DNA of 38,723 nucleotides from Rickettsiales bacterium (lineage in GTDB: Bacteria; Pseudomonadota; Alphaproteobacteria; Rickettsiales; Deianiraeaceae): NCBI GenBank assembly GCA_947424985.1, contig CANDYN010000001.1:1-38723 (forward strand), written 5' to 3'. The stretch's first letter is position 1. The number at the start of each line of letters is the position of its first letter. The position numbers and the translations under genes were made by a program. Below the pieces are notes generated by a model. The model was given only the letters and a program-made list of their open reading frames with translations. It had not been told where the DNA came from and did not search any database. Below are positions 1-10,253 of this stretch, in pieces.

Positions 1-596
1 GTTTATTAATATTCCGTAAGCAATATATTTATGGTTTAATATTCTATGGAACCGGTGTATCTGCATTTATTATTATCTCCCAAGCTCCTACATCCATGGG
101 AATTCACGTTCCAAACTTAGGAAGATTTAGCATTATATATTCTCCTTTTGTCTTGGAATTTATTTGTGGTGCATTGTATTGTTATTTTATCAAACACAAA
201 AATAAGACTGTTTTATTTGCACTTGGTATAATGCTTGCTTATTTATATTATATAAATCTTGCTATGATGATTTGTATACTTGGGACAATTTCGTTGTTTG
301 AAGTGTTAAAGTTATATGAGAAATATTTCAAATTTCCTAAAGTTTTGGTTTTAATTGGAGATGCTTCTTATACGCTTTATTTAACACACGTTCTTGTTCT
401 GAATACGGTGAGAGTTATTTTTGATAAGATTGGCTTCTTTAACAGTTTCTTTAACAAAATGCCTAATGCGATATGGATGACCATTATGTTTACCGCTCCA
501 ATTTTATTTGCAGTTTTGCATTATAAGATTGTTGAGGTAAGAACAAAAGAATTTTTACTTAGAAATTTTAACAAAATCCGCATATATATCAGCTGA
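1..596 (+). CDS. acyltransferase family 3-like integral membrane protein, C-terminal part (5' end lies outside the window)
   Basis: The frame of the 96..596 ORF stays open back to base 3 (LLIFRKQYIYGLIFYGTGVSAFIIISQAPTS precedes the listed Met). The protein is multi-pass hydrophobic. GDASYTLYLTHVLVL resembles the conserved SY-x-YL-x-H block of O-acyltransferase_3 proteins. Confidence 0.5.
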   Translation, partial: LLIFRKQYIYGLIFYGTGVSAFIIISQAPTSMGIHVPNLGRFSIIYSPFVLEFICGALYCYFIKHKNKTVLFALGIMLAYLYYINLAMMICILGTISLFEVLKLYEKYFKFPKVLVLIGDASYTLYLTHVLVLNTVRVIFDKIGFFNSFFNKMPNAIWMTIMFTAPILFAVLHYKIVEVRTKEFLLRNFNKIRIYIS

Positions 597-1163
597 TTTA
601 CAACTGAGATGCACAGACTGCTTAGGGAAATTTTTATCATAATAAGTCGCAATTGGAATTAAATTTTTATAATACAGCCCAATTCTTTCTTTAAAAACTT
701 CGCTATTATCGTCATCTCTTTTCACTTTAGATTCAGCCACCCTACCCTTCATTCTTTCCTCCAAAACATCATTTGGACATTCAATAAATACAATCTTCTC
801 TATATTAAATCCCTTTGTCTTTAACATACTATCAAGAAGTTTTATCTGAGACTCAGACCTTGGAACACCGTCCAATATTATATTTTCATATTTCTTTTCA
901 TCCAAATACCTGCCAAGTTCTTCAAAAACAGCCCCCTCAGATACAAGACTGCCATTTTTCATCTTTTCTTTAAAGTCTTTATTTTTAGATTGCCTTAGAA
1001 TATCTCCAACTGAAACATGCTTATATTGAGAATTGGCAATAATTTTATTTGCTAAATAGCCCTTACCGGAAGCTGGAGGGCCTATTAAAATAATAGCCTT
1101 TTTATCACCAGCAAGAGCAAAATCAGCAAAAAATAATGTAAATATTATAAAGATAATTTTCAT
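555..1163 (-). CDS. adk: short-LID adenylate kinase / NMP kinase with a 20-22 aa N-terminal signal-peptide-like extension
   Basis: P-loop GPPASGKG, NMP-site VGDILRQ, LDGVPR, short LID KGRVAESKVKRDDDN and FKERIGLYY are present. The N-terminus MKIIFIIFTLFFADFALA|GDKK precedes the point where Adk proteins normally start. The ATG lies 1 nt after the rpoC stop. Confidence 0.75.
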   Translation of the reverse strand: MKIIFIIFTLFFADFALAGDKKAIILIGPPASGKGYLANKIIANSQYKHVSVGDILRQSKNKDFKEKMKNGSLVSEGAVFEELGRYLDEKKYENIILDGVPRSESQIKLLDSMLKTKGFNIEKIVFIECPNDVLEERMKGRVAESKVKRDDDNSEVFKERIGLYYKNLIPIATYYDKNFPKQSVHLSCKSADIYADFVKISK

Positions 1164-1164
1164 A

Positions 1165-4100
1165 TTAACTCTGTGTCGTCAAAAATTTTGATTCAGAAAA
1201 ACCGGTACCAAGCGGAACGAGTCTTCCAACTGTAATATTTTCTTTACAACCGGATAAAGGATCCACTCTTCCATAGCAAGCAGCGTTTGAAAGAACTTTA
1301 ACAACCTCTTGGAATGCAGCCGCAGCCAAGAAAGATTCTGTATTCACCGAAACCTTTGTAATTCCAGTTAAAACCTTCTCAAACCCAATCTGTCTTTTGC
1401 CAAGCGATGCTAAAATATCATTTTTATTTCTTACAATACTTATATCAATATTTTCACCAACAACAAATTCAGAATCACCAGAGCTTGTAATGATACAGCG
1501 ACTTAACATTCTTTTGACAATTATCTCAATATGCCTTTCATTAATTGAAACACCTTGAAGCTGATAAACGCTTTGAACTTTATTTGTCATGAATCTAATT
1601 AACTCTTCTTCTCCGTGAGTCGTTAATATATCATGAAGATCTGTTTCTCCATCAACAATTATATCACCTTTTGATATCAATTGACCATTATCAATTTTTA
1701 AATATTCGCCCTTCTTAATCGAAAATTCAGTTGGATCAAGCGTTTTATCAAGAGGTTGTATTTCAATACGCACCTTCAATCGAGGTGAGGTATCTATGTT
1801 TGCAATCCCATCAAATGGAGCTATTATCGAAGGTTTTGCGGGAACTCTTGCTTCAAAAATACTTTCAACAATAGGTAATCCACCGGTAATATCTTGTATT
1901 ACACTAATGTCAGTTTGTATTCTCGCAATACAATCACCCTTTATAACCTTTGCACCATCTTCAACCTGAACAATACAATCAATCGGTAACACATAAAAAA
2001 CATCATCACCGTTTTGATTCTTGATAATCGATCCAGAAGCATCAACAATCGCTATCCTCGGAAGTAAATATTTACCACCCTTCGTAGAATTTATAACAAC
2101 TTTACTTGAAAGACCTGAATTTTCATCAAATTTTTCTCTGTAAGATATAGACTCTATCATATCTACATATTTTGCATAGCCATCAAATTCCGATGAAACT
2201 GGTGTAATATAAGTATTCCATGTTGCAATTCTTTGTCCCATTATAACAGCTTGTCCATTCTCAACATACAATTCTGTCGATCTTGGCAAACTATAGGTTG
2301 CTATAACTCTATTTCCATGCTTTGAAGTTATCGAAATTTTAGAATTATTATTCAAGGTTACCAAAGTTCCATCTTGATTTTTAATTGTTTTGAAACTTGC
2401 AAATTTTACAATTCCATCAGCTTCAGCCATAATATTTTTCGTACTAGATCTCGAAGAAATCCCACCCATTTGGAAAGTTCTCAAGGTAAGCTGAGTTCCT
2501 GGCTCCCCAATTGATTGAGCGGCAACAATTCCAACCGCTTCTCCGATCGCAACAAGCTCACGTCTTGCAATATCCTTACCATAGCACATTGCACATATTC
2601 CACTTTTTGATTCACAAGTTGCAGAAGATCTAACAACCACAAAGTGAAGCGAATCAACTATTTCATAGTTTTCTTGCTCTATTATAGATCCTTTTTTCAG
2701 CAAAACTTCACCGCTGTCAGATAAAATATCCTCAGCAATAACTCTACCACTAACAATCTCAGACAGCTTTTTAATAATTTGCCCATCAACCATAACCGGC
2801 TTAAAGGTTATACCTTTATCAGTGCCACAATCGTGTTCGGTAATTTTTATATCTTGTGCAACGTCAACAAGCCTTCTTGTTAAATATCCGGCATTTGCTG
2901 TTTTCAGTGCGGTATCAGAAATTCCTTTTCTCGAACCATGCGCAGAATTAAAATATTCCATCATATTCAAACCTTCTTTGAAATTCGATATAATTGGCGC
3001 CTCTATTACTTCCCCCGATGGTTTTACCATCAAACCTTTCATTCCTGCCATTTGTTTCAATTGAGATTCCGAACCTCTCGCTCCGGAATTTATCATCAAG
3101 TAAACAGAATTTACGCTACTTGTATCCGATCCGATTGTAATGGTTTTCATCATATCAGCTGTAACGCTATCAACACATCTTGACCATTCATCTGTTACCT
3201 TGTTATACTTCTCTTTGTACGTAATTAAGCCTGAGTTTAACTGCTTTTCAGCTTCTTTTACAACATCAAAGCTACTTTTAATTAAAGCTTCTTTTGATTC
3301 AGGAATTTTTATATCATCCAAACCAAAAGATATACCAGATTCAGTGCAAATCTTAAAACCAAAACGCATTATCTCATCGCAAAACCGAACAACACAAGCT
3401 TGACCGTGACGATCAAGGAGATAAAGAACAACTTTCGCTAAATGTTTTGCATTAAATTTATTGTTAAAAATCTCAAAATCAAGTGTATTTAATTCTATTT
3501 TTGCAACATTATACGTCAGAACCCTACCTGGACAAGTTTCAATATACTCAAAATCGCCGGTTGTCAAATTTTTCATTCTAAATTTAATTTTACTATTATA
3601 TGATATTTTTTTCAAGCTATGTGCGGTATTAATATCGTGAACGCTATCAAAGTAAAACCCATTACCAGGTGCATCTTCAAAGATAGAAGTAGCATAAAAA
3701 AGACCAAGAACAACATCTTTTGTTGGAGATATTATCGGACTTCCGTCTGATGGATTTAAGATGTTATTCGAAGAGATCATTAAAATCCTAGCTTCCATCT
3801 GAGATTCAATTGAAATCGGCACGTGAACCGCCATCTGATCTCCATCGAAATCGGCATTAAATGCCTTACAAACAAGCGGATGAAGTTGGATTGCTTTTCC
3901 ATTTATCAAAATAACTTCAAATCCCTGTATCCCAAGTCTATGCAGGGTTGGAGCACGATTTAACAATACCATTTTATCTGAAACTATATCTTTCAATATA
4001 TCAAGAACTTCAGCAGAATCGCCTTGGATCAATTTTTCACAAGCCTTTAAAGATGTAGCTCTACCATAAGTCATTAGCTTCGCAAAGATAAATGGCTTGA

Positions 4101-5202
4101 ATAATTCAAGAGCCATGATAATTGGAAGCCCACACTGGTGTAGCTTTAAATTTGGACCAACCGAAATAACTGAACGACCTGAATAATCAACTCTTTTACC
4201 CAAAATATTCTGTCTAAATCTTCCATTTTTACCTTTCAGATTTTCAGTCAAAGACTTTTTCACATCATCTGTTTTTGCTTGAGAACCGAGGAACAAATCA
4301 TCAACCGCATATTGGAGCATTCTTTTTTCATTCTTAATAATCAAAGCTGGAGCACCAATTTCCATTAGCCTGCTCAAACGATTATTTCTATTTATAACAC
4401 GTCTATAAAGGTCATTCAAATCAGACGTTGCAAATTTTCCACTGTCAAGCGGAACAAGCGGTCTTAACTCAGGTGGCAAAACTGGAATATATTTCATTAC
4501 CATCCAGTCAAGTTTATTTCCTGATGCCTTAAATCCAGATAAAAATAATAATCTTTTTTCAATTGCTTTTTTCTTAACTTTTGAATTTGTTGATTCATTT
4601 TCCCTTGAAAGTCTTTCAATTTCAAAATCAATATCTATAGAAAGCAACGCATCACGCACCCCTTCAGCGCCTATTCCAAATTTTATAATGTCTTCACCAA
4701 AATTATCAAGTGCATCATAATATTCTTCATCCGACAATACTTGAAATTTTGTCAGAGTTGAACTCGCTGGATCTATAACAATATAAGCTTGGTAATACAC
4801 AACTCTGCTTAAATCTTTAGCAGTTACCCCCAAAGCTGTTGCCATTTTTGACGGTTGAGATTTAACAAACCAAATATGAGCAACAGGAACAGCAAGAGTA
4901 ATATGTCCCATTCTTTCACGACGCACACTTGAGGTTGTTACTTCTACATCACATTTTTCACACACGATCCCTGAGTATTTAATTCTCTTATATTTACCAC
5001 AGAGGCACTCATAATCCTTAACCGGACCGAAAACTTTTGCACAAAAAAGACCACCCTTCTCAGGCTTTAGCGTTCTATAATTGATAGTTTCGTTATTGAT
5101 TATTTCTCCATACGAATTCGAAAGTATATCGTCCGGAGAAGATATACTAAGTGAGATAGATGAAAACTCAGATACATTATTCTTTAAATTAAAATTTTGC
5201 AT
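1165..5202 (-). CDS. rpoC: DNA-directed RNA polymerase subunit beta'
   Basis: Contains the NADFDGDQM catalytic motif and an N-terminal Zn-binding Cys cluster (CLCGKY..CEKCDVEV), at about 1345 aa. The track ORF starts at a TTG (5223). The first ATG is at 5200..5202 (MQNFNLKNN...). Confidence 0.97.
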   Translation of the reverse strand: MQNFNLKNNVSEFSSISLSISSPDDILSNSYGEIINNETINYRTLKPEKGGLFCAKVFGPVKDYECLCGKYKRIKYSGIVCEKCDVEVTTSSVRRERMGHITLAVPVAHIWFVKSQPSKMATALGVTAKDLSRVVYYQAYIVIDPASSTLTKFQVLSDEEYYDALDNFGEDIIKFGIGAEGVRDALLSIDIDFEIERLSRENESTNSKVKKKAIEKRLLFLSGFKASGNKLDWMVMKYIPVLPPELRPLVPLDSGKFATSDLNDLYRRVINRNNRLSRLMEIGAPALIIKNEKRMLQYAVDDLFLGSQAKTDDVKKSLTENLKGKNGRFRQNILGKRVDYSGRSVISVGPNLKLHQCGLPIIMALELFKPFIFAKLMTYGRATSLKACEKLIQGDSAEVLDILKDIVSDKMVLLNRAPTLHRLGIQGFEVILINGKAIQLHPLVCKAFNADFDGDQMAVHVPISIESQMEARILMISSNNILNPSDGSPIISPTKDVVLGLFYATSIFEDAPGNGFYFDSVHDINTAHSLKKISYNSKIKFRMKNLTTGDFEYIETCPGRVLTYNVAKIELNTLDFEIFNNKFNAKHLAKVVLYLLDRHGQACVVRFCDEIMRFGFKICTESGISFGLDDIKIPESKEALIKSSFDVVKEAEKQLNSGLITYKEKYNKVTDEWSRCVDSVTADMMKTITIGSDTSSVNSVYLMINSGARGSESQLKQMAGMKGLMVKPSGEVIEAPIISNFKEGLNMMEYFNSAHGSRKGISDTALKTANAGYLTRRLVDVAQDIKITEHDCGTDKGITFKPVMVDGQIIKKLSEIVSGRVIAEDILSDSGEVLLKKGSIIEQENYEIVDSLHFVVVRSSATCESKSGICAMCYGKDIARRELVAIGEAVGIVAAQSIGEPGTQLTLRTFQMGGISSRSSTKNIMAEADGIVKFASFKTIKNQDGTLVTLNNNSKISITSKHGNRVIATYSLPRSTELYVENGQAVIMGQRIATWNTYITPVSSEFDGYAKYVDMIESISYREKFDENSGLSSKVVINSTKGGKYLLPRIAIVDASGSIIKNQNGDDVFYVLPIDCIVQVEDGAKVIKGDCIARIQTDISVIQDITGGLPIVESIFEARVPAKPSIIAPFDGIANIDTSPRLKVRIEIQPLDKTLDPTEFSIKKGEYLKIDNGQLISKGDIIVDGETDLHDILTTHGEEELIRFMTNKVQSVYQLQGVSINERHIEIIVKRMLSRCIITSSGDSEFVVGENIDISIVRNKNDILASLGKRQIGFEKVLTGITKVSVNTESFLAAAAFQEVVKVLSNAACYGRVDPLSGCKENITVGRLVPLGTGFSESKFLTTQS

Positions 5203-5223
5203 AATATAAACTAAATATACCAA

Positions 5224-8200
5224 CTATATAACACTTTCGTCCATTAAAGACACATTCAAACCAAGCGCAGAAAGTTCTTTTAACAGAACATTAAACGACT
5301 CAGGCATGCCTTTTTTATAATCACACGTTCCGGAAACAATCGCACTATACATACTTTTTCTTCCACGAACATCGTCTGATTTAACAGTCAACATTTCATT
5401 CAGAGTATATGCAGCACCGTATGCTTCAACAGCCCAACACTCCATTTCTCCAAGTCTTTGTCCTCCAAAATTCGTTTTACCACCAAGAGGTTGTTGCGTA
5501 ATCAAGCTATATGGACCAACAGATCTTGCGTGAACTTTTTTATCAACCATGTGATGTAATTTTAATATATACAATATACCAACTGACACCTTTCTTTCGA
5601 ATTTATCACCAGTCATTCCATCATATAAATCAACTTGACCAGATTCATCACATCCAACCATTTTCAAAGTATCTTGGACAGTTTTATAATTAATACCAGA
5701 GAAAACGGGGATATTAAATGGAACACCCTTTGCATACATCTTTGCAACTTCTTTCACTTCTTCATTCTTTAAAGACTTTACTTTGTCTTGAATATACTTA
5801 TCAGGAATGATCTCTATTATTGCTTTTTTAACATCCTCCGCTTTGGTATATTGCTCAAGAGCTTTCGATATTTTCTTCCCAAGTGTCATAGACACAAGAC
5901 CTAAAGACAACTCAAGAACTTGACCCAAGTTCATACGTGCAACAATCCCTAGCGGATTGACAATAACATCAATTGGAGTTCCGTCTTTCATGAAAGGCAT
6001 ATCTTGAGTTGGCACTATTTTTGAAATAATTCCCTTGTTTCCATGTCTCCCGGCAACCTTATCTCCAGGTTGCAAATTACTCTTCGTAGCAACAAATACC
6101 TTAACTTCATAAAGAATTCCGTTTGAAAAATCCTTTTCCTCTTTGACATTTGAAATCAAAAGCTTAGCTTCATCTTCAAACCTCTTGACGATAACAAGAT
6201 ATTCTCTTACCAGCTCGTGCAATGTATCTGACGTATTTACATCATCAAGCACTATTTTCAACATATCCTTGATTGCAATTTTTTCAAGCCAAGCCTTCTC
6301 AAGTTTTCTCGAGATGGGAATTGCTGACAATTTACAAGATTTTGAAATTGCTGCATTAGTAAAAGATTTCAAAATATCAACAATAATATTTTCTCTCAAA
6401 ATTTCTATTTTATCTGCTAAATCCGATTTTATCGAATGAACCTTTCTTACTTCATTTTCAACTTGGGTTCCTATTTTTTCAACACCACGTCTTGAAAAAA
6501 CTTGAACATCGACAACAACACCGCTGTAACCAGGTGAAAGAGTTAAAGATGTATTTTTTACATCAGTTTTTCCTTCCCCAAATATTGCACGAAGTAGCTT
6601 TTCCTCAGGCGTCATAGGAGATTCTGCTTTGGGAGAAATTTTCCCAACCAATATATCACCAGGCTTTACAAAAGTTCCAATTTTAACTATTCCAGCTTCA
6701 TCAAGATTTGCAACAGCTGACTCTGAAACAGATGGAATACTTCTCGTTATCTGCTCAGATCCCAAACGAGTATCCATCACCGTTACAGTAAATTCCTCTA
6801 TGTGAATTGAAGAAAATCTTTCATCCGCAACAACACGTTCGGATACAATAACTGAGTCTTCAAATCCATATCCATTCCAAGACATAAAGGCTACTTTTAC
6901 ATTTTGCCCAAGCGCTATTTCAGAAACTTCCGACGCAAAGGTATCAGCTATTGGCTGTCCAATTTTTATTACATCACCAAGTTTTACACAAGGATTGAAA
7001 TTTGCACAAGTTGAGTTATTTGTTCTTTTAAATTTTTCAAGGATATGGCAATGAATATCACTTTTTTCCTCATCCTTAATATATATTTTTCTTGAATCAA
7101 CGTAGCAAACTGTTCCAGAAACTTCTGATTTAACGACAGCGGAGGATTTCATTCCAACGAATTTTTCAAAACCGGTAGCAATAATAGGAGCATCAGCCTT
7201 AATCACCGGAACTGATTGCCTATGCATATTCGAGCTCATCAAAACTCTATATGAGTCATTCGCTTCACAAAATGGAATCAAGCTTGCTGTTTGAGATAAT
7301 GGTTGATTTGGTGCCATATCGATAAAGTCAACTTTATCACTCTGAATATTAACAAATTCCCCTCCTCTTCTGACGCTCACTATGTCATCTGTTATTTCTT
7401 TTCCTTGTACATATTTCGTATTATAACTTGCAATTGAATATTTTTGTTCAGAACTTGCATCAAGATATACGATTTCATCAAGTATTTTGCGATCTTTTAC
7501 AACCTTGTACGGAGTTTCTATGAATCCATATTTATTTATTTTTGCAAAACAAGCAAGATTACTTATTAAACCTATATTTTGACTATCCGGAGTTTCCACG
7601 ATACATATTCTTCCATAATGCGTCGGGTGAACGTCACGAACCTCGATTCCAACTCTATCTCTTTCAACGCCACCAGGACCAAGCGCAGATATTCTTCTTT
7701 TGTGACTTAACTCAGACAATGGATTGGTTTGTTCCATAAGTTGAGACAGCTGAGATGTCAACATAAAATCTTTTATTGTTTTTGATATTTGATTTGGAAG
7801 CAGTATAGATGCCGCAGATATAAACATCCCGCTTTGAGAATTTGACATTTTATCAATGGCAACCTTAACTAAATTTCTCATGGAACTAATTATCATATTC
7901 CCAATTAATTCAGATGCAGTTCTTATTCTTCTATTTCCAAGATGATCTATGTCTTCTATTTCATGTGGATTTTCTTTTAAATTAATTAAAGCCTTCAATA
8001 TTAAGAAACAGTCCTCATCAGTCAAAGCCAAAGATTCACTTTTCGTTCCAAGAGTTGCATTTAGTTTATATCTACCTATTGCAGACAAGTTACATCTTGA
8101 TCCATCAAACAAAAATGATCTAACAGTCTCAACCGGAGAATCGTTCGATGAAGTTGCCATCATCTCACCCTTTCTGATCATCTTTAAAACCAATGCAGCG

Positions 8201-9255
8201 GCACTATCATTATCAGTTTCAACCGCAGATATGATACTTTTCAATATAATATCACTAAATCCTTTTTTAATAAAATTTACAATTCCAACATCCATCCCCT
8301 CTTCTTTTATTGAGATAAGGGTATCTGCATCTACACACGATCCCGCTTTTACACCAATTTGCTCAAGATCGCTAAATAAAAATAGAGATGATTTAATGTC
8401 ATCAATTTTACATATAAACCCAGACTTTGAGACATCATCAACTCTTTTAGCGGTCAAAACTAACCCCTCTTTAACAACAATTTCGCCCGACTCTGAGTAA
8501 ATACAATAAGGAAACCTCATCCCCTTAATATCGTTTGTATCTACATGTATTTTAACCAATCTGTCTGCTTTGGATACAACCGAGATCTCAACTTTGTCAT
8601 AGAATTTCGAAACTATGGTTTTAGAATCAAAACCAATTGCATATAAAAAAGTAACCAAGTCAATCTTTCTTTTTTTATCAAGAATTACATAAGCACCTTC
8701 AGTATCCTGAATTTCAAAATCAATCCAGGTTCCATTATAAGGTATCAAGCTCGCTCTGTAGCGAGATATGTTACCATCCTTATCGTTTGAAAAAACAAGA
8801 CCCGGAGATCTGTGTATTTGAGATATTACAACTCTTTCAACACCATTCATTACAAATTTACCGTCTTCGCCTATTAAAGGTATATCAAACAAAGCAACGT
8901 CCTGATCATTCACACTTGCCAAAATTTTACCACCATCTCCGTTTTCTATATAAGTTTTAGTTCTTAAACGAACCATCGCGCTTGAACAATAAGAGCCTCC
9001 AAGCCTTATACAATCATTTATACTTACAGATGGTTTACCCATCGATATAGAGACAAATTCTATCTCAAAATTACCAAATAAATCTTTGATCGGGAAAAAA
9101 GATGATACTATTTTTTCCAGTGAATTTATATCATTTCCTTCTAAAAATTTCTGATATGAATCCTGTTGAAATCTAAAAACATCGTCTATTAAAGCGAAAG
9201 CTTCTTTTGGGTAACGACCCAAGGACCACCTAAAATCAGATTTACATACAGTCAT
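5224..9255 (-). CDS. rpoB: DNA-directed RNA polymerase subunit beta
   Basis: 1343 aa with typical beta-subunit blocks (GNRRIR, HPTHYGRICIVETP, GRHGNKGIISKIVP, MNLGQVLE, GGQRLGEMECWA). The TAG stop abuts the rpoC region. Confidence 0.97.
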   Translation of the reverse strand: MTVCKSDFRWSLGRYPKEAFALIDDVFRFQQDSYQKFLEGNDINSLEKIVSSFFPIKDLFGNFEIEFVSISMGKPSVSINDCIRLGGSYCSSAMVRLRTKTYIENGDGGKILASVNDQDVALFDIPLIGEDGKFVMNGVERVVISQIHRSPGLVFSNDKDGNISRYRASLIPYNGTWIDFEIQDTEGAYVILDKKRKIDLVTFLYAIGFDSKTIVSKFYDKVEISVVSKADRLVKIHVDTNDIKGMRFPYCIYSESGEIVVKEGLVLTAKRVDDVSKSGFICKIDDIKSSLFLFSDLEQIGVKAGSCVDADTLISIKEEGMDVGIVNFIKKGFSDIILKSIISAVETDNDSAAALVLKMIRKGEMMATSSNDSPVETVRSFLFDGSRCNLSAIGRYKLNATLGTKSESLALTDEDCFLILKALINLKENPHEIEDIDHLGNRRIRTASELIGNMIISSMRNLVKVAIDKMSNSQSGMFISAASILLPNQISKTIKDFMLTSQLSQLMEQTNPLSELSHKRRISALGPGGVERDRVGIEVRDVHPTHYGRICIVETPDSQNIGLISNLACFAKINKYGFIETPYKVVKDRKILDEIVYLDASSEQKYSIASYNTKYVQGKEITDDIVSVRRGGEFVNIQSDKVDFIDMAPNQPLSQTASLIPFCEANDSYRVLMSSNMHRQSVPVIKADAPIIATGFEKFVGMKSSAVVKSEVSGTVCYVDSRKIYIKDEEKSDIHCHILEKFKRTNNSTCANFNPCVKLGDVIKIGQPIADTFASEVSEIALGQNVKVAFMSWNGYGFEDSVIVSERVVADERFSSIHIEEFTVTVMDTRLGSEQITRSIPSVSESAVANLDEAGIVKIGTFVKPGDILVGKISPKAESPMTPEEKLLRAIFGEGKTDVKNTSLTLSPGYSGVVVDVQVFSRRGVEKIGTQVENEVRKVHSIKSDLADKIEILRENIIVDILKSFTNAAISKSCKLSAIPISRKLEKAWLEKIAIKDMLKIVLDDVNTSDTLHELVREYLVIVKRFEDEAKLLISNVKEEKDFSNGILYEVKVFVATKSNLQPGDKVAGRHGNKGIISKIVPTQDMPFMKDGTPIDVIVNPLGIVARMNLGQVLELSLGLVSMTLGKKISKALEQYTKAEDVKKAIIEIIPDKYIQDKVKSLKNEEVKEVAKMYAKGVPFNIPVFSGINYKTVQDTLKMVGCDESGQVDLYDGMTGDKFERKVSVGILYILKLHHMVDKKVHARSVGPYSLITQQPLGGKTNFGGQRLGEMECWAVEAYGAAYTLNEMLTVKSDDVRGRKSMYSAIVSGTCDYKKGMPESFNVLLKELSALGLNVSLMDESVI

Positions 9256-9306
9256 TTGCCAAAATCAAAAGAAAAGTTTACATACGATATTATTCAAGAG
9301 CCCTAA

Positions 9307-9315
9307 ATTATACCA
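9307..9315 (-). promoter_or_regulatory. extended -10 element (TGgTATAAT) in the rplL-rpoB spacer
   Basis: The minus strand reads ...gctgttgTGgTATAATttagg, about 50 nt upstream of the rpoB ATG. There is no good -35 element. Confidence 0.25.
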
Positions 9316-9356
9316 CAACAGCATAAAATAAAGCCCCATGTTAGTTATTTAGTTAA

Positions 9357-9728
9357 CTATTTCAGCTCTACTTTTGCACCAGCAGCTTCAAGCTTAGTTT
9401 TCATCTCATTTGCCTCATCTTTAGAAACTCCAGATTTAACTTCTTTTGGAGCGGAATCAACCAAAGCTTTTGCCTCAGCCAAACCTAATCCAGTTATAGC
9501 ACGAACTTCTTTTATAACGCTGATTTTACTCGCACCTGCATCAAGCAAAAACACCTCAAACGATGTTTTTTCTGCAGCCGCTGGAGCTGAACTATCCGAT
9601 GAGACTGCTGCAGATGTCGGAGCAGAAGCAGAAACTCCCCAAGTAGATTCAAGTTCTTTTACCAAAGAAAGCATATCTGAAACTTTGAGATCGCTTAATG
9701 TTTGAACGATTTTTGAGACGTCTGACAT
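9357..9728 (-). CDS. rplL: 50S ribosomal protein L7/L12
   Basis: 123 aa with an Ala-rich hinge and a C-terminal domain [28 protein letters not shown]...[12 protein letters not shown]. Confidence 0.95.
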   Translation of the reverse strand: MSDVSKIVQTLSDLKVSDMLSLVKELESTWGVSASAPTSAAVSSDSSAPAAAEKTSFEVFLLDAGASKISVIKEVRAITGLGLAEAKALVDSAPKEVKSGVSKDEANEMKTKLEAAGAKVELK

Positions 9729-9746
9729 AAAAAATAAAAAATAAAA

Positions 9747-10238
9747 TTACACACCAATATTAACCTTTTGACTTAAAACTCTCGCCAAGCCTGAACACGG
9801 CTCCTTTAACAAGCCAAGTAAGCAAGACTTTAAACCATTTGCATCTTTAAATTTAGCTATATCCAAAATAAACTTCGAGTCAAACTCAGAAATTTTATCA
9901 GAATATGCTGATATACTTATTAATGACTTCTTTTGATATTCTGACAATATTGAGGCTATCTCAATTGGTTTGTTTGTAAAGATGGCAGCATTCTGACCAT
10001 TCAAAATTTCTCCGCTTAAAAAACAAGACAATCCAGATTTCTTTATTGCAAGTTTAATGACGGAATTTTTAGCAACAACAATTTTTTCACCCGTCAAAAG
10101 AGTCACCTTTCTTCTCATTTCATAAAAATCCTTTGCCGATATACCTTTATAATTAATTACAAAAATACATGACGACTTCACAACAAGATCATCAAGGATA
10201 TTTAACGAATTTTCTTTTCTCTGTTTTGGAGTTTTCAT
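9747..10238 (-). CDS. rplJ: 50S ribosomal protein L10
   Basis: Lies between rplA and rplL and is L10-like in length and pattern. The track start at 10247 is a TTG. The first ATG is at 10236..10238 (MKTPKQRKE...). Confidence 0.85.
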   Translation of the reverse strand: MKTPKQRKENSLNILDDLVVKSSCIFVINYKGISAKDFYEMRRKVTLLTGEKIVVAKNSVIKLAIKKSGLSCFLSGEILNGQNAAIFTNKPIEIASILSEYQKKSLISISAYSDKISEFDSKFILDIAKFKDANGLKSCLLGLLKEPCSGLARVLSQKVNIGV

Positions 10239-10253
10239 AAAAATCAAAATAAT

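Noticed and set aside
2822-3403. Three overlapping plus-strand ORFs (80-87 aa) inside rpoC
   Set aside because: They are antisense to a highly conserved gene, have no motifs, and are chance open frames.
7949-8500. 183-aa plus-strand ORF inside rpoB, plus smaller ones at 5511, 6143 and 7542
   Set aside because: They are antisense to rpoB. Their Ser/Phe/Ile-rich composition mirrors the rpoB codons. There is no independent support.
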